17,249 bases of DNA from Pirellulales bacterium. GTDB taxonomy: Bacteria; Planctomycetota; Planctomycetia; Pirellulales; JAICIG01. Positions 1 to 8,563 of the stretch are shown piece by piece. The stretch spans positions 1 to 17,249 of the forward strand of contig JBBDYJ010000036.1 of assembly GCA_040901675.1 (NCBI GenBank). The letters run 5' to 3'. The notes under the pieces were generated by a model. The model was given only the letters and a program-made list of their open reading frames with translations, ran no database searches and had not been told where the DNA came from. Positions within the stretch are counted from its first letter, which is position 1; each line of letters opens with the position of its first letter. A program made the position numbers and the translations under genes.

Positions 1-35
1 GGGGGCGCGCGGCGCCCCCCCCCCCCCCCGGCCGA

Positions 36-41
36 TACAAT
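36..41 (+). promoter_or_regulatory. Candidate sigma-70 -10 element (TACAAT) for the gcv operon
   Basis: TACAAT lies about 155 nt upstream of the gcvT ATG; the -35 position falls in the poly-C run at the window edge and cannot be assessed. Confidence 0.3.
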
Positions 42-196
42 ACCAGCGCGTCGCGGACTTGTTTCATTGGCATCTTGGCACCTCTCGTACGCCCGGCGGG
101 CTTTCAGGTGTCTATTACCGGCGAGGGGTGCATCACGGCGAGTGTGCATCGTGGTTGGCGGATCGGGTTGTTGTTCAATCGCGCCCAGATAAGCTC

Positions 197-1318
197 ATGA
201 CCGACAACCCGGCCCGCACGCCTCTGTACGAGTGGCACGCCGCCCACGGCGGCCGCCTGGTCGATTTCGCCGGCTGGGCCATGCCGGTCCAGTACACCTC
301 GATCGTGGCCGAGCACCAGGCCACGCGCACCGCCTGCGGGCTGTTCGATATCTCGCACATGGGCCGGCTGCGTTTCGACGGCGCCGGGGCCGAGCGATTC
401 CTCGACGCGCTGGTCACGCGCCGCGTTGCCGGGCAGCAGCCGGGCCGAATTCGTTATGCGCTGGTCACCAACGATCGGGGTGGCATCCTCGACGACGTGC
501 TGGTCTATCATTTGCGGGACCAGGCCGGTCAGTCGTATTTCGTGATGGTCGTCAACGCCGGCAACCGGCTCAAAATCCTCGATTGGCTCGCCCCCCGGCT
601 GGCTGCCGCGCACGACGTCGTCTGCCAGGATGTGACTCGCCACTGGGCGATGCTTGCCGTGCAGGGGCCGAGGGCCCTGGATCTCGCCCAGCCGCTCGTG
701 GACGACGTAGAGCTCTGCAGCATGAAGTATTACTCGGGCGCGGAAACCGGCATCGCCGGGCACGGCGGAGTGGTCAGCCGAACCGGCTATACGGGCGAAG
801 ACGGCTGCGAGCTCATGCTCGGCGCCGCCGCCGTTGCCGGCATCTGGCAACGCCTGGTCGATGCTGGGGCGGTGCCGGCGGGATTGGGATGCCGGGACAC
901 GCTGCGGCTCGAGGCGGCCATGCCGCTGTACGGCCACGAGCTGTCCGAAGACATCGATCCGTTTCAGGCGGGGCTTGAGTTTGCCGTCGACCTGGACGGC
1001 CGGCAGTTTCCGGGCCGCGACGCGCTGGCGGCCCTCCAGTCGCGGGCCGACCGGCCTCGCCGGGTGGGGCTGCACCTTGGGGGCAAACGGGTGCCGCGTC
1101 AAGGCTTCGCCGTGACAGCCGGAAATGGCGAGGTCGGGCAGGTGACGAGCGGAACTTTTTCGCCTACGCTGCAAACGCCGATTGCCATGGCCTATGTCGA
1201 GCCCGCTTTTGCCGGGCCCGGAACCGAGCTGGCCGTCGATATCCGCGGCCAGCCTGAGCCGGCCCGCGTGGTGCCATTGCCCTTTTATCGCCGCAGACAG
1301 CCTCACGAAGGGAGTTGA
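197..1318 (+). CDS. gcvT: Glycine cleavage system T protein (aminomethyltransferase)
   Basis: Motifs RTPLYEWH, VDFAGWAMPVQY, GLFDISHMG, SRTGYTGEDGCE, GLGCRDTLRLEA, VTSGTFSPTL. Start placed at ATG 197 (MTDNPARTPL, 373 aa) rather than at 59. Confidence 0.97.
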   Translation: MTDNPARTPLYEWHAAHGGRLVDFAGWAMPVQYTSIVAEHQATRTACGLFDISHMGRLRFDGAGAERFLDALVTRRVAGQQPGRIRYALVTNDRGGILDDVLVYHLRDQAGQSYFVMVVNAGNRLKILDWLAPRLAAAHDVVCQDVTRHWAMLAVQGPRALDLAQPLVDDVELCSMKYYSGAETGIAGHGGVVSRTGYTGEDGCELMLGAAAVAGIWQRLVDAGAVPAGLGCRDTLRLEAAMPLYGHELSEDIDPFQAGLEFAVDLDGRQFPGRDALAALQSRADRPRRVGLHLGGKRVPRQGFAVTAGNGEVGQVTSGTFSPTLQTPIAMAYVEPAFAGPGTELAVDIRGQPEPARVVPLPFYRRRQPHEGS

Positions 1319-1320
1319 TC

Positions 1321-1722
1321 GTGTCGCCTGAGAAACTGCTCTTTGCCCGGACCCACGAGTGGGTCCGCCTCGACGTCGACGACCGCGGCGCCAAGGTTGC
1401 CACGGTGGGGATCACCGCCTTTGCCCTGGAGGCGCTGACCGACCTGGTTTACATCGAGCTGCCGCGGCCCGGCCGCAAGCTGAAGGCGGGCGAGCCTTTT
1501 GGAGAGATCGAGTCGGTCAAAGCGGTCAGTGATCTGTACAGCCCCGTCGACGGCGAAGTGGTTGCCGTCCACGAGGGCCTGGCTGACGAGCTGGAGACGC
1601 TCACTTCCGATCCGTACGGGCAAGGCTGGATGGTCAAGATCAAAGTGAGCGACGAGGCGGCCCTGCCTCGCTTGATGGATTATCGCGAGTACCAGAAGCA
1701 GTGCGCCGAGGAGCAACACTAA
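1321..1722 (+). CDS. gcvH: Glycine cleavage system H protein (lipoyl carrier)
   Basis: THEWVR, VGITAFA, lipoyl-lysine motif EIESVKAVSDLYSPVDGEV, DPYGQGW. GTG 1321 follows GGGAG; TTG 1315 is an alternative start. Confidence 0.97.
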   Translation: MSPEKLLFARTHEWVRLDVDDRGAKVATVGITAFALEALTDLVYIELPRPGRKLKAGEPFGEIESVKAVSDLYSPVDGEVVAVHEGLADELETLTSDPYGQGWMVKIKVSDEAALPRLMDYREYQKQCAEEQH

Positions 1723-1732
1723 GAGCGGACTT

Positions 1733-3067
<1,335 letters not shown>

Positions 3068-3101
3068 ATCCTCGGCAGACCAAGCAGGCGATTTGTCCTC
3101 C

Positions 3102-4616
3102 ATGCGTAATACCCAAGCCGTTCAACCCCTGTTCGAGCTTTCCAGGCCGGGCCGCCGCGCCGCCAGGCTCCCGGCCAGCGACGTGCCCGAGCTGCCGCTT
3201 GACCAACTGCTGCCGGCCGCCACCCTGGCCGAGCGGCCCGCCGAGCTTCCCGAGCTGGCCGAGCCCGACGTGGTCCGGCACTTTACCAACCTGTCCACGC
3301 TCAACATGTCGGTCGATACGCACTTTTATCCGCTCGGCTCGTGTACCATGAAGTACAACCCCAAGCGCAACGAACGGCTGGCGTCGCTGAGCGGGTTGGC
3401 CGACCTGCACCCTTATCAGCCCGAAAACACGTTGCAGGGTCTGCTCGAGCTGCTGTGGGAGCTCGAAGCCATGCTGGCCGAGATCAGCGGCCTGGATGCC
3501 GTTTCGCTGCAACCGGCGGCCGGGGCCCACGGCGAGCTGACGGCGCTGTTGGTGGCCCGGGCCTGGTTTCGCGACCGGGCCAGGAGCGGCTCGCCGCCGC
3601 CGCGCACCAAGGTGCTCGCGCCCGACAGCGCCCACGGCACCAACCCGGCCAGTGCGGCCTTGGCGGGCTTTGAGACCATCACGGTCAAGAGCACCCCGCG
3701 GGGCTTCGTGGATTTGGACGATCTTGCCGCCAAATTGGACGAGCAGGTGGCCGTGTTCATGATCACCAACCCCAACACGCTGGGAATGTTCGACCGTCAG
3801 ATTCGCCGGATTGCCGACATGGTGCACGCCGCTGGAGGGTTGATCTACCTGGACGGCGCCAACATGAACGCCATCCTCGGCATCAGCCGGCCGGGCGATT
3901 TCGGCGCCGATATGATGCACTTCAACCCGCACAAGACATTCAGCGGCCCGCATGGAGGCGGCGGCCCCGGCGCCGGTCCGATCGCCGTCAGCAAGGAGCT
4001 GGGGCCGTACCTGCCGTCGCCGGTGGTCGAGCGCGACGGCGAGCGGTTCCGGTTGGCCTACGACCGGCCGAAGTCGATCGGCCGCGTGCGGAGTTTTTTT
4101 GGCAACGTCGGCGTGCTCATCCGCGCCTACTGCTACATCCGCACGCACGGGCCCCAGGGGCTGCGGCGCGTGAGCGAGAACGCCGTGCTCAACGCCAACT
4201 ACTTGCTCAGCCGCGTCAAGCACATTTTCCAGGTGCCTCAAGGCGATCGCTGCATGCACGAGTTCGTGGCCTCGGCCGCCCGGCTGAAGGCGGAAAAGCA
4301 GGTCTCGGCCATGGACGTTGCCAAGCGGTTGCTGGACTTCGGCTTCCACGCGCCGACCGTGTATTTTCCGCCGATCGTCAAAGAGGCCCTGATGATCGAG
4401 CCCACGGAAACCGAGAGCAAGGAAACGCTCGATGCCTTCGCCGAGACGCTGTTCCGCATCACCGAAGAGCCGGCCGAATGGCTCCGCGAAGCGCCGCACA
4501 CCACCCTGACCAGCCGGCCCGACGAGGTGCAAGCCGCCCGCCGTCCGGTCGTTGCCTGGCCCCCCAAGGCAGAAGGCAGAAGGCAGAAGGATGAAGGAGG
4601 AAGCCGGAGCACGTAA
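3102..4616 (+). CDS. gcvPB: Glycine dehydrogenase (decarboxylating) subunit 2
   Basis: FYPLGSCTMKYNPK, QPAAGAHGE, SAHGTNPASA, YLDGANMNA, PLP-lysine motif NPHKTFSGPHGGGGPG, MIEPTETESKETLD. Start at ATG 3102 (MRNTQ, 504 aa); the C-terminal residues are encoded by a heptamer repeat. Confidence 0.97.
   Translation: MRNTQAVQPLFELSRPGRRAARLPASDVPELPLDQLLPAATLAERPAELPELAEPDVVRHFTNLSTLNMSVDTHFYPLGSCTMKYNPKRNERLASLSGLADLHPYQPENTLQGLLELLWELEAMLAEISGLDAVSLQPAAGAHGELTALLVARAWFRDRARSGSPPPRTKVLAPDSAHGTNPASAALAGFETITVKSTPRGFVDLDDLAAKLDEQVAVFMITNPNTLGMFDRQIRRIADMVHAAGGLIYLDGANMNAILGISRPGDFGADMMHFNPHKTFSGPHGGGGPGAGPIAVSKELGPYLPSPVVERDGERFRLAYDRPKSIGRVRSFFGNVGVLIRAYCYIRTHGPQGLRRVSENAVLNANYLLSRVKHIFQVPQGDRCMHEFVASAARLKAEKQVSAMDVAKRLLDFGFHAPTVYFPPIVKEALMIEPTETESKETLDAFAETLFRITEEPAEWLREAPHTTLTSRPDEVQAARRPVVAWPPKAEGRRQKDEGGSRST
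4566..4603 (+). repeat. Tandem heptamer array (AAGGCAG x3, AAGGATG, AAGGAGG)
   Basis: Read directly from the sequence: aaggcag aaggcag aaggcag aaggatg aaggagg aag. Confidence 0.85.
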
Positions 4617-5418
4617 ACAAGACGCGATCCAACCCAAAACGCCCTGCCGGCTGATTATGGACGACCCCGCTTCCGGCCCTTGGAACATGGCGGTCGACGA
4701 GGTCTTGCTCGCCAGCGCGGTCCGCGAGCGACGGCTGACGCTGCGGTTGTACGGCTGGTCGCAACCGACCGTCTCGCTCGGCTATTTCCAGCCCCATGCC
4801 GCGCGGAGCCAACATCCCGAAAGCCTGGAGTGTCCGGTCGTCCGGCGCGCCAGCGGTGGAGGCGCGATCGTCCACGATCGCGAGATCACCTACAGCCTGG
4901 CCGTGCCTGCCGGGCTCCCGTTGGCCGCTGCTCCGGCGGCTCTCTATCGGCAGGTGCACTTGGCCTTTGTGCGCGCGCTGGCCGACGTGGGCATCGTGGC
5001 CAGGCTGCACGGGACGCAACCGCCGCGGCCACTCAACCGCAGTGAATTCCGTTCTACGACCTCCCAGCGGTCGCGGATCGAACCGTTTCTGTGCTTCGAA
5101 CGCCGCGCCGTGGGCGACATTCTGGTGGGGAGGGAAAAAGTGGCGGGCAGTGCACAGCGGAGGCGGCAGGGGGGAGTCCTCCAGCACGGCAGCCTGCTGC
5201 TGGCCGCGTCGCCGGCCGCACCCCGCCTGCGGGGCATCCACTGCCTGAGCGGCCTGCGCCGCAGCCCCGCGGAGTGGGCCGACTTGTTCGCCCGGTCACT
5301 GGCCCTGGACCTGGCCCTCGAGCTGGAGCCCGAGGCGGTCCGATCGGGCGAACGTGCTGGGGCCGAGCGGTTGGCGGGCGAACGATATGCCAGTCCCGCC
5401 TGGACGCTGCGGAAATAA
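4591..5418 (+). CDS. lipM: Lipoate-protein ligase family protein, LipM-like octanoyltransferase
   Basis: NMAVDE, LRLYGWSQPTVSLGYFQ, VVRRASGGGAIVHD, CF motif (FLCFERR), KVAGSAQRR and LQHGS, as in Bacillus LipM; located directly after the gcv genes. Start uncertain (ATG 4591 or 4657). The family call is firm; the lipM name is less certain. Confidence 0.8.
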   Translation: MKEEAGARKQDAIQPKTPCRLIMDDPASGPWNMAVDEVLLASAVRERRLTLRLYGWSQPTVSLGYFQPHAARSQHPESLECPVVRRASGGGAIVHDREITYSLAVPAGLPLAAAPAALYRQVHLAFVRALADVGIVARLHGTQPPRPLNRSEFRSTTSQRSRIEPFLCFERRAVGDILVGREKVAGSAQRRRQGGVLQHGSLLLAASPAAPRLRGIHCLSGLRRSPAEWADLFARSLALDLALELEPEAVRSGERAGAERLAGERYASPAWTLRK

Positions 5419-5499
5419 GCCGTTTGGGGGCGCGGGTTTGCAGAGATTTTTTTGACTATCTTGTCCCTTTTTGCTAGCATCTCAGCCTGGGTTGTGCCG

Positions 5500-5521
5500 C
5501 CCGGTGGACACCCGGTGGACA
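5500..5521 (+). repeat. Perfect 11-bp tandem duplication CCCGGTGGACA x2
   Basis: Copies at 5500-5510 and 5511-5521. Confidence 0.85.
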
Positions 5522-5548
5522 AACTGTTGCAAAACAACGTGATACGAC

Positions 5549-5578
5549 GTGACATCGGCCCGTCGGAGTGCATATAAT
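5549..5578 (+). promoter_or_regulatory. Candidate sigma-70 promoter GTGACA-N18-TATAAT upstream of the FHA gene
   Basis: Perfect TATAAT at 5573-5578 and a 5/6 -35 match at 5549-5554, in otherwise GC-rich DNA. Confidence 0.55.
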
Positions 5579-5769
5579 GGCAGTAGCCTCGGCCCCGGCC
5601 GGGGAAGCACATCGACGATCGGTCTTCGCGGGTTAGTTTTCTTTGCGGCCCAGGTTCTGATCAGCGTTTGACGGCCACCGAGCCGATTTTTATCAAGGTG
5701 TCTCGTATGCGCTGCCCGGCATCATCTATTGCAATCCGCCGGGCCACCGGTTGACTGATATGCGTCCAT

Positions 5770-5803
5770 TGTCCAAAAGTGAACTCTGTCCAAAAGTGAA
5801 CTC
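5770..5803 (+). repeat. Perfect 17-bp tandem duplication TGTCCAAAAGTGAACTC x2
   Basis: Copies at 5770-5786 and 5787-5803. Confidence 0.9.
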
Positions 5804-5898
5804 GCGATTTGAGGCTGGCCAGGCAGAGGGTTCGTTCCGCTATCTTCGTTTCATTTGGGGCTTGACCCCCTTAACCTCTGCGGAGCCGTGTCGTACCC

Positions 5899-6582
5899 AT
5901 GGAAGCAAGACTTAGAGTTCTGGTGGGCAAGAATGCCGGTCAGGAGCTGTTGATCCCCGGCCCGAAATTTTTCGTTGGCCGAGCGGACGACTGTCAACTG
6001 CGGCCGCGCAGCGACTTGATCAGCCGGCACCACTGTGCCTTGCTGATTGAGGAAGGCTTTCTTGCCGTCCGGGACTTTGGCAGCAAGAACGGTACGCTCG
6101 TCAACGGCGAGCGGGTCGTTGGCGAACGCGAGCTCAAGGCCGGTGACAAGCTCACCATCGGCCCTTTGGAGTTCGAGGTCTGCATTTCCACTCCGGCGGC
6201 GTCCAAGAAGCGCCCCAAGGTCGAAAGCGTCAAGGAGGCTGCGGCCCGCACGGCCGAGGGGTCGGGCGACAACCTCGATGTGAGCCAACTCGATGTCAGC
6301 CAGTGGCTCACGGACAGGGACGAAAGAGCCGGCAGCGCCGATACGCGGGTGATCGACGCCAACGAGACGAGCGAGATCGACGTGGGCCAAGGCGAGGCCG
6401 CCACGGAGGATATCAACAGCCCTTCGACTCAGACAACCGCGAACGAACTGTCCGAGACGATCGCCAAGAAGGCGCCCGACAAGCGGCAGCCGGGCAAGCT
6501 GCCCCCCGTACCGAAACATGGCGCCGCCGACAGCCGATCCGCGGCCGCCGACGTGCTCAGCAAGTTCTTCAAGCGGCGCTAG
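5899..6582 (+). CDS. FHA domain-containing protein with acidic, Thr-rich C-terminal tail
   Basis: FHA signature VGRADDCQL...ISRHHC...DFGSKNGTLVNG in the first ~95 aa, then a low-complexity tail ending in a probable helix (DSRSAAADVLSKFFKRR). Confidence 0.92.
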   Translation: MEARLRVLVGKNAGQELLIPGPKFFVGRADDCQLRPRSDLISRHHCALLIEEGFLAVRDFGSKNGTLVNGERVVGERELKAGDKLTIGPLEFEVCISTPAASKKRPKVESVKEAAARTAEGSGDNLDVSQLDVSQWLTDRDERAGSADTRVIDANETSEIDVGQGEAATEDINSPSTQTTANELSETIAKKAPDKRQPGKLPPVPKHGAADSRSAAADVLSKFFKRR

Positions 6583-6586
6583 AATC

Positions 6587-6793
6587 ATGCCGGCCGACGA
6601 AGACGCCCTGAAGCGGCGCTACCGGGAGTTTCTCGACCTGTTGCCGCTGACCACGGCCATTGCCGGGCTGCCGGAGAACACCACCAGCCGCAGCCTTTCA
6701 TCCGAGCAGATGGAAGCGCGGGCCCAAGTGCTGGCCAGCGCTTTCAAGCTGGCCAGGCAGACCGTCCGCGATGCCATCAAGGCCGGATCCTAG
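6587..6793 (+). CDS. Small hypothetical helical protein (68 aa, MPADEDALKRRYREFLDLLPLT...)
   Basis: ATG 6587 is 4 nt after the FHA stop; protein-like composition and GC-rich third codon positions. Confidence 0.7.
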   Translation: MPADEDALKRRYREFLDLLPLTTAIAGLPENTTSRSLSSEQMEARAQVLASAFKLARQTVRDAIKAGS

Positions 6794-6870
6794 CCGGCTT
6801 TTGGCCGCTGCCGCCGCCGACTTTTCCTCTTCTCGGATCCGGTCGTTCCCGATGCGCTGTTTTTGTTGCC

Positions 6871-6900
6871 TTGACCCTGCTTTGCGGGCCGACTTATAGT
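6871..6900 (+). promoter_or_regulatory. Candidate sigma-70 promoter TTGACC-N18-TATAGT
   Basis: 5/6 matches at both hexamers, immediately upstream of ORF 6923-7213. Confidence 0.5.
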
Positions 6901-6922
6901 TGAGTAGTCCTTCTGATCGAGC

Positions 6923-7213
6923 ATGGCCTGGAACCAACTCCCACCTGCGGAACAAGCGAGGCGCCGGTTGAAAGCCGCAAAGCGAAAATCCAAAGAGGCG
7001 GCCCTGCTGGGGCTCGGGCTGGATGCCGCCGATGGGCATACCCGTCTGACGCGTGGCAAGAACTTCGTTCTGTTCGGGGGCTCCGAGGAGACGCACTCGG
7101 TCATGCAGGAAACGGCGATCAAGATCAACGAGCATCTCGATCGTCAAGGCAAGCGGCTTGAGGATGTGTCGGCTCGCGAATTGACAGAAATCTGCCGCGA
7201 AATCGCCTCCTAG
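6923..7213 (+). CDS. Small hypothetical protein (LLGLGLD..DGHTRLTRGKNFVLFGGSEETHSVMQE)
   Basis: Good codon pattern and a globular-looking core; the start could instead be TTG 6968, which follows GAGG. Confidence 0.75.
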   Translation: MAWNQLPPAEQARRRLKAAKRKSKEAALLGLGLDAADGHTRLTRGKNFVLFGGSEETHSVMQETAIKINEHLDRQGKRLEDVSARELTEICREIAS

Positions 7214-7252
7214 CCGGTCAGCTTTGCTCGCCGGCCCGACAGCGCGGTTCGT

Positions 7253-7280
7253 TGAAACCCAAGGGGCGCTTCTTCGGTAT
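7253..7280 (+). promoter_or_regulatory. Candidate ECF-type promoter TGAAAC-N16-CGGTAT
   Basis: AAC-containing -35 and CG.TA-like -10 resembling the SigW-type consensus TGAAAC-N16-CGTA, about 40 nt upstream of the ECF gene. Confidence 0.45.
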
Positions 7281-7319
7281 TACCTGGCGGCCGGCTAGCC
7301 GGTAGCCGAGGGTGACGTT

Positions 7320-7886
7320 TTGCCAGACGAAGTCCGCGACCTGGTCCGGCGAGGGCTTGCCAGAGACGAAGCTGCCCTGGCCGAACTCGTGGAGCGCTTC
7401 GGCGGGCAGGTCTTCGGCCTTTGTTACCGCTTGTTGGGTCACCGCCAGGATGCCGAAGACGTAACCCAGGAATCGTTTGCTCGCGCCTTTCGGAGCCTGG
7501 CGAGTTGGGACAACAGCCGCGACTTCGTCCCCTGGTTACTGGCCATTGCCGGCAACCGGTGCCGGAGTTGGCTCGCGGCGCGTCTGCGGCGGCCCCGGCC
7601 CACCGACGAAGTCGACCACCTGCCCGACCGAACACCCGACTACCAGCAGGCCCGCCACCTGGCCGAAGAGGTCGACCTGGCCCTGGCGGCCCTGCGCGAC
7701 GAGTACCGCCAGGCATTTGTATTGTTTCATGAACATCATTTGAGTTACGCCGAAATTGCCGTCGCCATGTCGTGCCCCCTGGGCACGGTAAAAACCTGGG
7801 TGCACCGCGCCCGGCGACAATTGGCCGACGATCTGCGGAGACGCGGGGTCGTCGAGGAGAACTATCATGCAGTGCGACGAATTTGA
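7320..7886 (+). CDS. ECF-family RNA polymerase sigma-70 factor
   Basis: Region 2 (DAEDVTQESFARAF, WLLAIAGNRCRS) and region 4 HTH (LSYAEIAVAMSCPLGTVKTWVHRAR); 188 aa, TTG start. Confidence 0.95.
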   Translation: MPDEVRDLVRRGLARDEAALAELVERFGGQVFGLCYRLLGHRQDAEDVTQESFARAFRSLASWDNSRDFVPWLLAIAGNRCRSWLAARLRRPRPTDEVDHLPDRTPDYQQARHLAEEVDLALAALRDEYRQAFVLFHEHHLSYAEIAVAMSCPLGTVKTWVHRARRQLADDLRRRGVVEENYHAVRRI

Positions 7887-8559
7887 GCCACGGCTCAACG
7901 AAGTCCTCGACGCCGGTCGCCGGCCCCAATCCGACCCCGCGCTTGCCGAGCACCAGGCCCACTGTCCCGACTGCCGGCGCTTGGCCGCTTCGTACCAGGC
8001 CATGCTGGCCGTCTTTGCCCAGGCCAACGTGCCGCAAGCCTCCGGTAATCTGGCCGGCCAGGTCCTCCTGAAGTTGCGGGCCGAACCCGCCGCGCCGCGA
8101 CGCCGGCGGCTGATTTTTTCCCGCCGGGCTCTTCCCCGCCTGGCCGCGGCGGCGCTCGCGGCGGCGGTGATTGCCGCGGTGGCAACGCCGCTGTTCCAGA
8201 CGCCCGACCGGCCGCCGGACAAGCCCCCCGTCGAACAAATCGTCGAAACGCATCCGCCGCCGCCACCGGCAGCCGAGACGGCGCCCCCTCCCCGCCGCAT
8301 CCAGAATCTGGCCGAGGCCGCCCACGACCGCTACCAAGGATTGGCCAGAGAGACCGGGCAGAGCTTTTCTGTGGCGATGCAGATTATCCCAGGCGTCGGT
8401 GGGCCATCGACTCACAGCGCACTGGACTCGCCCCAGCCGCCCGATGCGGGCTGGACCAGCGGAGTGGCCAACGGGCTGAAGCCGGTCACCCGCTCGACCG
8501 CCGGAGCACTGCACGCTTTGTTCAAGGCGGTCGCCCTACCCGAAGACGAGGCGCTCTGA
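7867..8559 (+). CDS. Membrane-anchored zinc-binding anti-sigma factor (zf-HC2/ZAS)
   Basis: N-terminal MQC...HQAHCPDC (HxxxCxxC), an Arg-rich stretch, a hydrophobic helix LAAAALAAAVIAAVATPLF and a Pro-rich linker; overlaps the sigma gene by 20 nt. Confidence 0.88.
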   Translation: MQCDEFEPRLNEVLDAGRRPQSDPALAEHQAHCPDCRRLAASYQAMLAVFAQANVPQASGNLAGQVLLKLRAEPAAPRRRRLIFSRRALPRLAAAALAAAVIAAVATPLFQTPDRPPDKPPVEQIVETHPPPPPAAETAPPPRRIQNLAEAAHDRYQGLARETGQSFSVAMQIIPGVGGPSTHSALDSPQPPDAGWTSGVANGLKPVTRSTAGALHALFKAVALPEDEAL

Positions 8560-8563
8560 AACC

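Noticed and set aside
1..30. G-run/15-C homopolymer hairpin at the window start
   Set aside because: Low-complexity sequence at the edge; likely a contig-end or homopolymer artefact, and no function can be supported.
60..150. Canonical glycine riboswitch call
   Set aside because: Only CTTTCAGG matches and the GGAGAG/CCGAAG elements are missing, so it is reported only as a candidate leader.
59..196. 46-aa N-terminal extension of GcvT from TTG 59
   Set aside because: GcvT similarity begins at MTDNPARTPL (197); the upstream sequence looks like a leader.
5770..5803. CRISPR array or iteron origin
   Set aside because: Only two adjacent copies, no spacers, and no cas or rep gene.
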